Of a DNA stretch of 64,000 nucleotides, positions 34,470 through 43,879 are shown one piece after another. The translations under genes were made by a program, and so were the position numbers. Each line of letters opens with the position of its first letter. Position 1 is the stretch's first letter. A model generated the notes under the pieces. That model was not told where the DNA came from, did no database searches, and saw only the letters and a list, made by a program, of their open reading frames with translations. The stretch covers positions 9,423 through 73,422 of the forward strand of contig JAZNKS010000096.1 in NCBI GenBank assembly GCA_045578725.1, given 5' to 3'. The DNA comes from Candidatus Flemingiibacterium sp. (lineage in GTDB: Bacteria > Bacillota > Clostridia > Oscillospirales > CAG-272).

Positions 34470-35252
34470 TCACCTTGCCGGCCGATCCCGCCAGGCGGAT
34501 GGGGTCATGCCGACCTCGCGCTTAAAGAGCCGGGTGAAGCTTTCGGGATCCGAAAATCCGGTGATCCGCGCCGCCTCTCCCACGGTGATGCCGCTCCGGG
34601 AATGCAGCAGCTCCTTGGCCTGCCCGATCCGCACCGAGCCGATATACCGCCCCGGCGATACCAGGTAAACCTTCTTGAAAAGCCGCCGGAACTGGGACTC
34701 GCAAAGCCCGGCCGCGCCCGCAAGGCCGGCGGTATCCAGCGCCGGATCGCCGATATGCAGGCGCATATATTCGATGGCCGGCGCGAGGATCCGCTTCTCC
34801 GGGAGCGCCGTTTCCGACAGACTCCGGGCGAGCATGGCCAGCACGCGGTAGGTATAGGACAGGCAGTTGAGCCGATGGGCGTGATCCTTGAACAGCCATT
34901 CCTCGGCACACTTGGAAAAGAGCGAATACAGCCCCGAATGATTCTCAAAGCGGGCCACGAAAATCCCATCGGCGGGATACTCCGCCGCCGTATCGAAATT
35001 GATGATGATATACCGCCCGTCCGACTTCTGGCAGGAGCGGTAGGTCATCCCCCTTGGGATATAGACGATCTCGTTTTCGGTGAATTCCACGCACCGGTCC
35101 TCATAATAGCAGGCCATCGTGCCCGACACCTTGTAGATCAGCGCATGGTGCGGCCGATTGTAGAAATAATTCATCCCATGCCGGGAATCGTCGGCGATGA
35201 CGGATGCGATCGAGGTCACCACGAGCTCGGAGGTAAAGATGGACGGGAGCAT
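34470..35252 (-). CDS. AraC family transcriptional regulator
   Basis: A cupin-like N-terminal half is followed by the C-terminal HTH GLCESQFRRLFKKVYLVSPGRYI...GFSDPESFTRLFKREVGMTPSAW. Confidence 0.85.
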   Translation of the reverse strand: MLPSIFTSELVVTSIASVIADDSRHGMNYFYNRPHHALIYKVSGTMACYYEDRCVEFTENEIVYIPRGMTYRSCQKSDGRYIIINFDTAAEYPADGIFVARFENHSGLYSLFSKCAEEWLFKDHAHRLNCLSYTYRVLAMLARSLSETALPEKRILAPAIEYMRLHIGDPALDTAGLAGAAGLCESQFRRLFKKVYLVSPGRYIGSVRIGQAKELLHSRSGITVGEAARITGFSDPESFTRLFKREVGMTPSAWRDRPAR

Positions 35253-35274
35253 ACCCTTCTCCTTTCAGGAGGCA

Positions 35275-35298
35275 CAGGGGGCGCGTACGCGCCCCCTG
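35275..35298 (-). terminator. GC-rich palindromic hairpin after the ABC operon
   Basis: CAGGGGGCGCG-ta-CGCGCCCCCTG lies 10 nt past the stop of the 746-aa ABC gene. Confidence 0.5.
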
Positions 35299-35307
35299 CC
35301 GTTATGC

Positions 35308-37548
35308 TTATTTGGCTTCGGCAATTCCCTGCTGTTCGATGACCGACTGCGCCATCTTGCGCTGTGCCATGACCAGCTTGTAGTAAATGCCCTTATTTTC
35401 CAGAAGCTCGCTGTGCGTGCCGAATTCGGCGACGCGGCCCTTATCGAGCACCAGCAGCTTATCCGCATTGCGCAGAGTCGAAAGACGGTGCGCGATGGCA
35501 AATACCGTGCGGTTCTCGGTCAGCTTGTTCAGCGAATCCTGAATCAGCTTCTCGGTTTCGGTATCCAGCGCGGCCGTCGCCTCATCGAGGATCAGAATCC
35601 GCGGATTGTGGATAACCGCGCGGGCGATGGCGATTCTCTGGCGCTCACCGCCGGAGAGGCTGTAGCCCTTTTCGCCGACCATCGTATTGTAGCCCTCGGG
35701 CAGATTCAGGATGAAATCGTGCGCGTTGGCAATCCGGGCGGCGGCAATGACCTGCTCATCGGTGGCGTGCGGCATCGCATATTTGATGTTGTCGCGGATG
35801 GTTCCCGAGAAGAGGAAGGTTTCCTGCAGAACGATACCGATCTGGGTGCGGAGCGCGTTCTGGGAGATATCCTTGATGTTGACGGCATCGATCTCGATGG
35901 AGCCCTCGTTGACATCGTACAGACGCATGAGCAGATTGATCAGCGTGGTCTTTCCGGAGCCGGAGTGGCCGACAATACCGATCATTTCACCGGGATTGAC
36001 ATGGAAGGAAACGTTCTCCAGCACGGGATTGTAGCTCTCGTAGCCGAAGGTGACATTCTTTACGTCCACTTCGCCCTCGATACGGATATCCAGCGGGAGG
36101 TCGATATCCTGCACCTCGGCGTTCTCCTCGACGATCTCGAAGATCTTGGAAAGGCTGGTTAAGAAGTTGGAGATGTTTCTCGGGATGAAGGTGATGTACA
36201 GCAGCGGCGCGTAGATGATGTTGGAATAGGAGTTGATCTGATGGAGCGTACCGACCAGCATATCGCCGTGGAAGAGCAGATAGTTGCCGTACAGCAGGAT
36301 CAGATAGCTGCCAAGGCGCATTCCGAAGCCCAGCAGCGGGAAGATCGTATCGAAGATCTTCGCAGTGGCTTCATTCTGCGTGGCATGATTCTGCGAGGCG
36401 GTCATGAAGCGCTTGATCTCGCTCTTTTCGCGGCCGAAGCACTTGACCACGCGGATACCGTTGAGGATATCCTGCAGCAGGTGATTGGTTCTCTGACCGA
36501 GCACCCAGAGGCGGCGGTTGCGCATCTGGACGAAGGCCCAGAATTTCGTCAGAATGAAGACGATGAAGGGAATCGGCACGAAGATGAAGAGCGCCATGAT
36601 CGGGCTGATGATCAGCATGACAATCAGACCGATGAGGAAGGACGACAGCTGCACAAAGAGTGAGGGCATCTGGTTAACCACAAAGTCCTGTGCTACCGCA
36701 ACGTCGCTGTTGACGCGGGCCATCAGATCACCGGTGGATTTTCTCTGAATCGAAGAGAGGGAAAGCGACTGGATTTTTTCATAGAGCACGGCGCGCATCA
36801 TCAGCGTGAATTTATTGCCGGTGATGGCGGAGAGGCGGCTCTGGAGAACGGCCAGCGCCCGGTGCAGAAGATCCAGCGAAATGATCGCCAGAACGATCAG
36901 CGCGAATTTGGTCATCTCGCTTGCCTGTCCGTGGGTCGCGGTATTCAGAATGTAATTATTCAGCGCGGTCTTCTGAATCTGCGGGACGAGGAACTGGAAG
37001 ATGACATTGAAGATGGCGACGATGAACGGGAAGCACATCATCAGCCGCAGACCCTTGGTCATGGCGAACAGCTTCTTGTAAACCACCATCGGATTGAGGC
37101 AGTAGGGGCAGATGCTGGTGCCGCGCACGAACGGGCGGCCGCACTTCGGGCAGAAGCGCTCCTGCTCGGAGTTGGTGATCGGCTCGTCCTTTTCGGGAGT
37201 CTCGGCCAGAATCTCGCAGGCCTTGACCAGCACCGAATAGCGGGGCAGATGGCGGCCGGATACGAACTGGCAGATCAGCGTGGTTCCCTCTCCGAAGTTG
37301 GCATAGAAGCCGCAGCTTCCGTACATGACCTCGGTGCGGAAATCGGTGGCGCCGCGGATTTCATACGAGGCCAGCAGCCGATCGTCCAGGATCTTGTAGA
37401 TTTTTGTATTGGTGACGGCGATGAAGCCGGAGACGAAACGGTCCTCGAGAATGTTGAAGGGCATACAGTACATGAGCTTTTCGCCCGCCTGCATCGCACC
37501 GTCGAGAACGCCTTTTTCGGTCTCGGGCAGATCAAACAGAAGTTTCAT
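35308..37548 (-). CDS. ABC exporter half-transporter (TMD-NBD) with a ~170-aa N-terminal cytoplasmic extension ending in a zinc ribbon
   Basis: Walker A GHSGSGKTT, signature LSGGERQRIAIARA and Walker B ILILDEATAALD are present, with 6 TM segments. The N-terminal extension carries CPKCGRPFVRGTSICPYC. Confidence 0.85.
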   Translation of the reverse strand: MKLLFDLPETEKGVLDGAMQAGEKLMYCMPFNILEDRFVSGFIAVTNTKIYKILDDRLLASYEIRGATDFRTEVMYGSCGFYANFGEGTTLICQFVSGRHLPRYSVLVKACEILAETPEKDEPITNSEQERFCPKCGRPFVRGTSICPYCLNPMVVYKKLFAMTKGLRLMMCFPFIVAIFNVIFQFLVPQIQKTALNNYILNTATHGQASEMTKFALIVLAIISLDLLHRALAVLQSRLSAITGNKFTLMMRAVLYEKIQSLSLSSIQRKSTGDLMARVNSDVAVAQDFVVNQMPSLFVQLSSFLIGLIVMLIISPIMALFIFVPIPFIVFILTKFWAFVQMRNRRLWVLGQRTNHLLQDILNGIRVVKCFGREKSEIKRFMTASQNHATQNEATAKIFDTIFPLLGFGMRLGSYLILLYGNYLLFHGDMLVGTLHQINSYSNIIYAPLLYITFIPRNISNFLTSLSKIFEIVEENAEVQDIDLPLDIRIEGEVDVKNVTFGYESYNPVLENVSFHVNPGEMIGIVGHSGSGKTTLINLLMRLYDVNEGSIEIDAVNIKDISQNALRTQIGIVLQETFLFSGTIRDNIKYAMPHATDEQVIAAARIANAHDFILNLPEGYNTMVGEKGYSLSGGERQRIAIARAVIHNPRILILDEATAALDTETEKLIQDSLNKLTENRTVFAIAHRLSTLRNADKLLVLDKGRVAEFGTHSELLENKGIYYKLVMAQRKMAQSVIEQQGIAEAK

Positions 37549-37575
37549 AGCGGAGCTTTCTCCATTTCCCGGGAT

Positions 37576-38271
37576 TTACAGGTAAATCTCGATTTTCTTG
37601 AGGCTTACGGGGTCCAGCTTCTGGGGATCGAGAATCTGGAATACGTTTCCGTCGATATCGTTGATGAAGATGCGGCCGTCCTCCAGCGTACGGATGTTGG
37701 AGAAGGGATTGTTCAGAACGAAGGTAACATGGCCGGCCGTGGTCAGCACATCCCAGTACAGATAGCCGAACTTGTCCTTGACCGAGGTGATCTTCTGGAT
37801 CTGCGGCGTGAAGTAGCGGCGGTCCAGCTCCTCAAGCAGCAGCGCCTGCGTACCTTCATCGAAATCGCTCATCCGGCGGATCATGCCGATCTCCTTGCCG
37901 CGGCCCTGCTTTTTGGAGTCGGGCTGACGGACGGAGAGAAATTCATCCGGATTGGTGACCGGGAAGGAGCGCAGTACAATGACACGCTCAAAGCTCTCCT
38001 CTTCCCCCTTGTCATTGATAATGTCCAGCGAAATCAGATCGCCGCCGGAACGCTTGAATTTCGCATTCTCGGGGGTCAGATTGATGGAAACACGCTCGTT
38101 TTCCAGAATCAGATCACCGTCATCGCTGCCGTCACCCATGATGTCGTTCTTGGCCTTTGCCTTGGGCTTTGCTTCAGCGGCGGGCTTTGTATCCTTCTTT
38201 TCTTCTGCAGGTTTCTCTGCTGCAGGTTTCTCTTCCTTTACTTCAACCTGCTTGTTCTCATTTTCTGCCAT
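37576..38271 (-). CDS. DUF1854 domain protein with a K/E/A/P-rich N-terminal tail
   Basis: It sits between two ABC genes. The core SFPVTNPDEFLSVR...IGMIRRM...LEELDRRYFTPQIQKI...YLYWDV.T..G matches DUF1854 as I recall it. The first ~50 aa are low-complexity. Confidence 0.65.
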   Translation of the reverse strand: MAENENKQVEVKEEKPAAEKPAEEKKDTKPAAEAKPKAKAKNDIMGDGSDDGDLILENERVSINLTPENAKFKRSGGDLISLDIINDKGEEESFERVIVLRSFPVTNPDEFLSVRQPDSKKQGRGKEIGMIRRMSDFDEGTQALLLEELDRRYFTPQIQKITSVKDKFGYLYWDVLTTAGHVTFVLNNPFSNIRTLEDGRIFINDIDGNVFQILDPQKLDPVSLKKIEIYL

Positions 38272-38313
38272 GATGTTAGTCTCCTTTATGATCGGGATTG
38301 ATGATTGCGGCAG

Positions 38314-40785
38314 TTACATACCGGCGATGATCTTCTTGTTCGCCTCACTCTGCAGCATATACAGACGGTAGAATACGCCCTTCTTAGCCAGCAGTTCGGC
38401 GTGCGAGCCCTCCTCGGCAATCTCGCCGTTTTCGATAACGAAGAGGCGGTTGCAGTCCTTGAGGGTGGACAGGCGGTGCGCGATGGTGATCGTCGTGCGG
38501 CCCTCAATCAGCGAGGACAGCGCATCCTGAATCAGGCGCTCGGTTTCGGTATCCATGGCCGCGGTCGCCTCATCGAGGATAAGGATCGACGGGGCCAGCA
38601 GCAGTGCACGCGCAATGGAAATACGCTGCTGCTCACCGCCGGACAGCGACCGGCATCCGGTGCCGACCAGCGTTTCGTAGCCCTCGGGCAGGCGCAGGAT
38701 GAAGTCATGGGCATTCGCGGCCTTGGCGGCGGCGATGACCTCCTCCATCGTGGCATCCGGCCTTGCGTAGCGGATGTTGTCGGCGATGGTTCCCTTGAAC
38801 AGGAAGATTTCCTGGGATACGATCGAGATATTCTTGCGGAGCGATTCGGTGAGAATCTGCTTGACATTCACACCGTCGATGGTGATCGTGCCGCTGATGG
38901 TGTCATACAGACGGTTGATCAGGTTGGCGATGGTCGATTTGCCGCTTCCCGTGTGGCCGACCAGACCGATGTGATCGCCGGCGTTTATCTTCAGCGATAC
39001 ATTCTTCAGAATCGGGCGGTTGGGAGCGTAGTGGAAGCAGACATTGCTGAATTCGATATCGCCGGCCAGCCGCTCAAAGGCAACCGGCTCCTTGGCATCG
39101 GTAATCTCGGGGATCGCATCGACGATCTCGAACATACGCTGTGCGCAGTTGGCGGTATCGGTCACCATGTTGGTGAAGTTGGTGAAGAAGTTCAGCGGGC
39201 CGAAAATCATGCCGATGTAGCTGAGGTAGGTGGCGAATTCACCGTAGGTCATCTCCTGGGACATGACCTTGAGGCCGCCGAATCCCCAGATGGCCTGCGA
39301 GGACAGACCGATCAGCAGACCGACCAGCGGGAAGATGGTCAGCGAAACGAGGTTGACCTGCAGGTTTGCCTGGGTCAGCTTTTCGGCATAGCCGTAGAAG
39401 CGGTTGGTTTCCTCGGCCTCCTTGGAGAAGGCCTTGACCACGCGGATACCGGTCAGGGAGTCGCCCAGCATCGCATTGAGGCTGGAGGAGCGGCGCCATT
39501 GCTTGGAATACATCCGCCAGAGTTTTGGGAGCATGAACTTGAAGATGCAGACGATGATCGGCACGGGAATGAAGACGATCAGAGTCAGCTGCCAGTTCAG
39601 GCTGAAGAGGAAGATCGTCAGACCGATGAAGTTGAGCGCATTGATGACGAAGTTCGGCACACCGTCAATGAAGAAGGCGCGGATCCGGTCGGCATCATAG
39701 TTGACGCGGGTGATCAGACGGCCGGTCTGGTTGTTGTTGAAGAAGGAAAGCGAGAGATTCTGGAGCGCGGTGAAGATCTCCATCTTCATGTTCAGCGTTA
39801 CGCGGGTGGACATGGTGGCGTTGGCGCGGTTCTGGAGGATCGAGATTCCCAGCGACAGAATCGCAATGCCGAAGATGACACCGATGAGGATGAAGAGCCA
39901 GTGCTCGCTGTGCATCGTACCGACCGCCTTGTCGCCGACCATACCGGGCTTTGTGATAACCTGGTCGAAGAGGATGCGGTTGGAGATGATCGGATTGACA
40001 AGATTGATGGCCGAGGTGGCGACCATGCAGAAAAGGACGGTGGTAAGCTGAAGCTTGAAGGGCTTGAAATAGCCCATCAGGCGTACGAATACGGCATTCT
40101 GGTTGGTGCAGTATTCGCAGATCTTGCGGTCCTGATCGGAATAGACCCGTCCGCACTTGGGGCAGCGGGCGTTGAACTGATCGAAGATAGGATCGTCGTC
40201 CTTCACCGTGTCGCCGCGCAGCAGGCGGTTCATGATGTCGATGAAGGCAAACAGCTTCCGTTTGCGTGCGTTGGTGCAGAAGGCGATGACAATGGTGGTG
40301 GCATCCGCATCCCGCTCCTTCTGAAGGCGTTTTTCCTCGTCAAAGTCGAGCCGCACACCGGCCGGCGTCCTCTCGATTTCACGCGGATGATCCTTGGCCA
40401 GCAGCCGGTTGGACGATACGAAGTTGTCCACATACGGATCCGTGACACGCTTCATGTCGAAGGTCTGTACAACAGCGTTTTTGAACAGATCGGGAATGAA
40501 GGCGGCCTTGGCGGCCTTCTCGGCAGCCTTATCTCCCTTTTTGGAGCTTTTGGCGGCCTCGGCCTGCTGCCTTGCCTTTTTGCGCTTCTGTTCGGTTTCG
40601 TTGTCCGAGGTGACCGACATGGTGTAGAGCTTCATGGCCTTGGCATCCAGCGCCAGCCAGCTCTCACCGAAGTTGCCCTCGTGGTCAAGGTCCAGCTCCA
40701 GCACCATATCGAGGCTCTCGGTATCGATGCTGTGCTCCTTGAATCCGATGGCCGCTTCCCCGGTCAGTTTTTCAAGTGGAAGCAT
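38314..40785 (-). CDS. ABC exporter half-transporter (TMD-NBD) with a ~250-aa N-terminal cytoplasmic extension ending in a zinc ribbon
   Basis: I chose the start MLPLEKL at 40785 behind AAGGA. Walker A GHTGSGKST and signature LSGGEQQRISIARA are present. The N-terminal extension contains a K/A/E-rich insert and CPKCGRVYSDQDRKICEYC. Confidence 0.85.
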   Translation of the reverse strand: MLPLEKLTGEAAIGFKEHSIDTESLDMVLELDLDHEGNFGESWLALDAKAMKLYTMSVTSDNETEQKRKKARQQAEAAKSSKKGDKAAEKAAKAAFIPDLFKNAVVQTFDMKRVTDPYVDNFVSSNRLLAKDHPREIERTPAGVRLDFDEEKRLQKERDADATTIVIAFCTNARKRKLFAFIDIMNRLLRGDTVKDDDPIFDQFNARCPKCGRVYSDQDRKICEYCTNQNAVFVRLMGYFKPFKLQLTTVLFCMVATSAINLVNPIISNRILFDQVITKPGMVGDKAVGTMHSEHWLFILIGVIFGIAILSLGISILQNRANATMSTRVTLNMKMEIFTALQNLSLSFFNNNQTGRLITRVNYDADRIRAFFIDGVPNFVINALNFIGLTIFLFSLNWQLTLIVFIPVPIIVCIFKFMLPKLWRMYSKQWRRSSSLNAMLGDSLTGIRVVKAFSKEAEETNRFYGYAEKLTQANLQVNLVSLTIFPLVGLLIGLSSQAIWGFGGLKVMSQEMTYGEFATYLSYIGMIFGPLNFFTNFTNMVTDTANCAQRMFEIVDAIPEITDAKEPVAFERLAGDIEFSNVCFHYAPNRPILKNVSLKINAGDHIGLVGHTGSGKSTIANLINRLYDTISGTITIDGVNVKQILTESLRKNISIVSQEIFLFKGTIADNIRYARPDATMEEVIAAAKAANAHDFILRLPEGYETLVGTGCRSLSGGEQQRISIARALLLAPSILILDEATAAMDTETERLIQDALSSLIEGRTTITIAHRLSTLKDCNRLFVIENGEIAEEGSHAELLAKKGVFYRLYMLQSEANKKIIAGM

Positions 40786-41131
40786 AGAGGTCCTTGCGGT
40801 CCGCCCGCTTTGGAAATCCGGGCAGACCTCTCCTTTCAGAGGATTTTCGCATATGACGGCAAAAATTTTCAAAAAGAGATCAAAAAAGAGATTGCAGGAT
40901 TCGCCGCTATATGTTATAATAAATATATCATAATATCCCAAAGTTTCAAGAGGGTTTCGGAAATTTGTTCAATTTCGGTTATCTGCACAAATTTGCGCGC
41001 GAATTTCGTGGAATTTTCTGGCGATATTTTTGTACAAATTTCGTTTCGATTTTCCGGAAGCTTTTGTGTCATCCGACAAACCCCAAAAAATTGCAACGAT
41101 TTTTGTAAATAATTAACAAAGGAGAACTGTC

Positions 41132-41476
41132 ATGGCCGGCTTCCTCAAACGGCTCTTCAAAAACAAGAACGAAAACTCAAAATCCTTCCGGATTGATATG
41201 GCAAAGCATCTGTCCGGGCGCGCCATCAAATACTGCACCGAGCGCAACATGGAGGACAATACCGACCTGGTCATCGGCCGTTCGGGCTGTCTTTCCATCA
41301 AGGATGACGAATTTCTGGTGCTCTCCAGTGCCGATATCGTTTTCCGCTGCAAAATCACGGAGCTGAAGGCATGGGAGCTGATGAGCAATGACGGCGCGAT
41401 GCTCACCGGTCCCGATCTCACGCACGGCGGAAAAGAGCGCACGATTATGGTTTACTATACCTATTATATTAAGTAG
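41132..41476 (+). CDS. Hypothetical small protein, 114 aa
   Basis: AAGGAG lies 7 nt before the ATG. Coding-like composition. No family recognised. Confidence 0.55.
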   Translation: MAGFLKRLFKNKNENSKSFRIDMAKHLSGRAIKYCTERNMEDNTDLVIGRSGCLSIKDDEFLVLSSADIVFRCKITELKAWELMSNDGAMLTGPDLTHGGKERTIMVYYTYYIK

Positions 41477-41614
41477 GCCTTCCGGCAATGGGGCAGTTTC
41501 CCCCCAAAGCAAGACTTTTTGTCCGGAATTCACGCAATTTCCCGGAAGGAAAATCTGCATTTTTGTACAGAACGCCAAAAGACGAAAATTGGCCAAAAAA
41601 ATTTGCAAAATGTC

Positions 41615-41643
41615 TTGCAATTTTCCCGCAAAACGTTTATTAT
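41615..41643 (+). promoter_or_regulatory. Candidate promoter of the oxidoreductase/TIM-barrel operon
   Basis: TTGCAA (41615-41620), a 17-nt spacer containing the palindrome AAACGTTT, then TATTAT (41638-41643). Confidence 0.45.
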
Positions 41644-41744
41644 ATACATGAGCGGCAATTCCGCTCGTGTGCGGTAAAGACCGTCACGGTTATGGACGGC
41701 AATCTTTGCCGTAATGTTGAAATCTATTTTTGGAGGTAGTTATT

Positions 41745-42848
41745 ATGGCTACAATCATCGGTGCAAACGACACCATCCGCGTGGGCATCATCGGCTGCGG
41801 CGGCATCGCCAACGGCAAGCATATGCCCAACATCAAAAAGGTTCCCGGCGTTGAGATGGTTGCATTCTGCGACATCATCATCGAAAAGGCCGAGAAGGCA
41901 AAGAAGAACTACGGTACGCCCGATGCCGCTGTTTACGAGGATTACAAGCAGCTGCTCGAGGACAAGACAATCGATGTCGTTCATGTCTGCACCCCCAACC
42001 GTGCACACAGCTTCATCACCGTTGACGCGCTGAACGCCGGCAAGCACGTTATGTGCGAAAAGCCCATGGCCATCAACTCCGCTGAGGCTCTCAAGATGAT
42101 CGAAGCCGCCAAGAAGAGCGGCAAGAAGCTCACCATCGGCTACCAGAGCCGTCAGAGAGCAAACTCCCGGTTCATGAAGGCAGAGGCCGAGAAGGGCACC
42201 TTCGGTGATATCTACTACGCTGAAGCCATCGCCATCCGCCGCCGCGCCGTTCCGACCTGGGGCGTATTCCTCAACGAATACGAGCAGGGCGGCGGTCCGC
42301 TGATCGATATCGGCACCCATGCTCTGGACCTCACTCTCTGGATGATGGACAACTACAAGCCGAAGTACTGCCTCGGCACTACCTACCATGCACTCAATAA
42401 CCAGACCCAGACCGGCAACGCATGGGGCGACTGGGATCCCGAAAAATTCACCGTTGAGGATGCTGCATTCGGTATGGTTGTCATGGAGAACGGCGCTACC
42501 ATCAATCTGCGTGCTACCTGGGCTCTCAACTATGCCGATCCGGCGGAAGCCATCACCACCATCTGCGGCACCAAGGCCGGTGCGGACATGAAGGGCGGCA
42601 GCGGTATGCGCATCAACCATATCATCAACGGCCGTCAGTCCATCACCGATGTCAACATGAGCGCCGGCGGCGTTGCCTTCTATGAGGGTGCCTCCGATGA
42701 CATGGCTCACCTGGAGCAGCTCCAGTGGTACGATGCCATCCGCAAGGACAAGAATCCCTGCGTTCTGCCCGAGCAGGCTTACTGCGTAACCCAGATTCTG
42801 GAAGGCATCTACACCTCCGCCAAGACCGGCGATATCTATCGTTTCTGA
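41745..42848 (+). CDS. Gfo/Idh/MocA family oxidoreductase
   Basis: GGAGG lies 8 nt before ATG 41745. It has the Rossmann motif IRVGIIGCGGIANGKH, then EKP and GGGPLIDIGTH. Confidence 0.85.
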   Translation: MATIIGANDTIRVGIIGCGGIANGKHMPNIKKVPGVEMVAFCDIIIEKAEKAKKNYGTPDAAVYEDYKQLLEDKTIDVVHVCTPNRAHSFITVDALNAGKHVMCEKPMAINSAEALKMIEAAKKSGKKLTIGYQSRQRANSRFMKAEAEKGTFGDIYYAEAIAIRRRAVPTWGVFLNEYEQGGGPLIDIGTHALDLTLWMMDNYKPKYCLGTTYHALNNQTQTGNAWGDWDPEKFTVEDAAFGMVVMENGATINLRATWALNYADPAEAITTICGTKAGADMKGGSGMRINHIINGRQSITDVNMSAGGVAFYEGASDDMAHLEQLQWYDAIRKDKNPCVLPEQAYCVTQILEGIYTSAKTGDIYRF

Positions 42849-42910
42849 TCATACATCCGCGGCGGAGATTCCCCGCTCCGCCGCATCAATTCTGAAAGGA
42901 AGAATTTCAA

Positions 42911-43879
42911 ATGAAACTTTCCGTTCTTGCCAACTGCTACGGCAGCAAGACGCTTGACGAAACGCTCTCCATCTTCTCGAAGATGGGCGTTGAAGCCGTT
43001 GAAATCGGCGCCGGCGGCTATCCCGGCAAAGCACACTGCAATCCCGCTGTTCTTCTGAAGGACGAGGCCGAATTCAAGAAATTCATGGCCACCTTTGAAA
43101 AGTACGGCATTGAGCCCTGCGCTCTGGCCTGCCACGGCAACCCCGTTCATCCGAACAAGGAGATCGCCGCTTCCTTTGAGGCCGATTTCCGCGATGCCGT
43201 TCTGCTGGCTGAAAAGATGGGCCTTGACACCGTTATCACCTTCTCCGGCTGCCCCGGCGACTTCGAGGGCGCCAAGTATCCGAACTGGGTCACCTGCCCC
43301 TGGCCGGACGATTTCCTCTCGATTCTCGACTATCAGTGGAACGAGGTTCTTATCCCCTACTGGAAGGAAGAGGTCAAGTTTGCCAACGCTCACGGCGTAA
43401 CCAAGATTGCGCTGGAGATGCACCCCGGCTTCTGCGTTTACAATCCCGAAACCCTGCTGAAGCTCCGTGCGGCCGTCGGCCCGACCATCGGCGCCAACTT
43501 CGACCCGTCCCACCTGATCTGGCAGGGCATCGATCCCGTTGCGGCCATCCGCGAGCTGGAGGGTGCCATCTACCACTTCCATGCCAAGGACACCAAGGTT
43601 GACCAGATCAACACCGCGAAGTTCGGTGTTCTGGACACCAAGCATTACGGCGATGAGCTCCATCGCTCCTGGGTCTTCCGTGCCATCGGCTACGGCAACG
43701 ATATCGCTTACTGGAAGGATATCGCCTCCGCTCTCCGTCTGGTCGGCTATGATAAGGTTATGTCCATCGAGCACGAGGATTCCCTCATGAGCATCGACGA
43801 GGGTCTTGCCAAGGCTGTCGAGGTATTGAAGCAGGTTATCATCAAGGATCCCAAGCCGGGATCGATGGCCTGGGCCTGA
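42911..43879 (+). CDS. Sugar phosphate isomerase/epimerase (xylose-isomerase-like TIM barrel)
   Basis: VEAVEIGAGG, ALEMHPG, NFDPSHL and SIEHED give the metal-ligand pattern of the AP-endonuclease-2 / xylose isomerase-like fold. Confidence 0.8.
   Translation: MKLSVLANCYGSKTLDETLSIFSKMGVEAVEIGAGGYPGKAHCNPAVLLKDEAEFKKFMATFEKYGIEPCALACHGNPVHPNKEIAASFEADFRDAVLLAEKMGLDTVITFSGCPGDFEGAKYPNWVTCPWPDDFLSILDYQWNEVLIPYWKEEVKFANAHGVTKIALEMHPGFCVYNPETLLKLRAAVGPTIGANFDPSHLIWQGIDPVAAIRELEGAIYHFHAKDTKVDQINTAKFGVLDTKHYGDELHRSWVFRAIGYGNDIAYWKDIASALRLVGYDKVMSIEHEDSLMSIDEGLAKAVEVLKQVIIKDPKPGSMAWA

Noticed and set aside
40950-41110. AT-rich stretch with recurring AAATTT/ATTTTC strings, checked as a possible CRISPR array or tandem repeat.
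   Set aside because: There are no regularly spaced direct repeats of 24-40 nt. Only short, irregular motif recurrences are present, and no cas genes are in the window.
38305-41112. Very long antisense or alternative-frame ORFs. Examples are 38305..41112(+), 8833..10479(-), 16846..18657(-), 18594..20222(+), 25480..27042(-), 27826..29517(-), 41724..42710(-), 50475..52151(-) and 6026..7300(-).
   Set aside because: Each overlaps a gene with clear family motifs on the other strand or frame. The translations are low-complexity G/A/R/D-rich, as expected for stop-poor shadow frames in high-GC DNA. None has a credible RBS.
41026-41569. The 114-aa ORF with its flanking TGTACA and TTCCGGAAG blocks, considered as a miniature mobile element with terminal inverted repeats.
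   Set aside because: The shared blocks are in the same orientation but in a different order on the two sides. They match as inverted repeats only because they are themselves palindromic. I saw no target-site duplication and no transposase. They are kept as possible operators instead.
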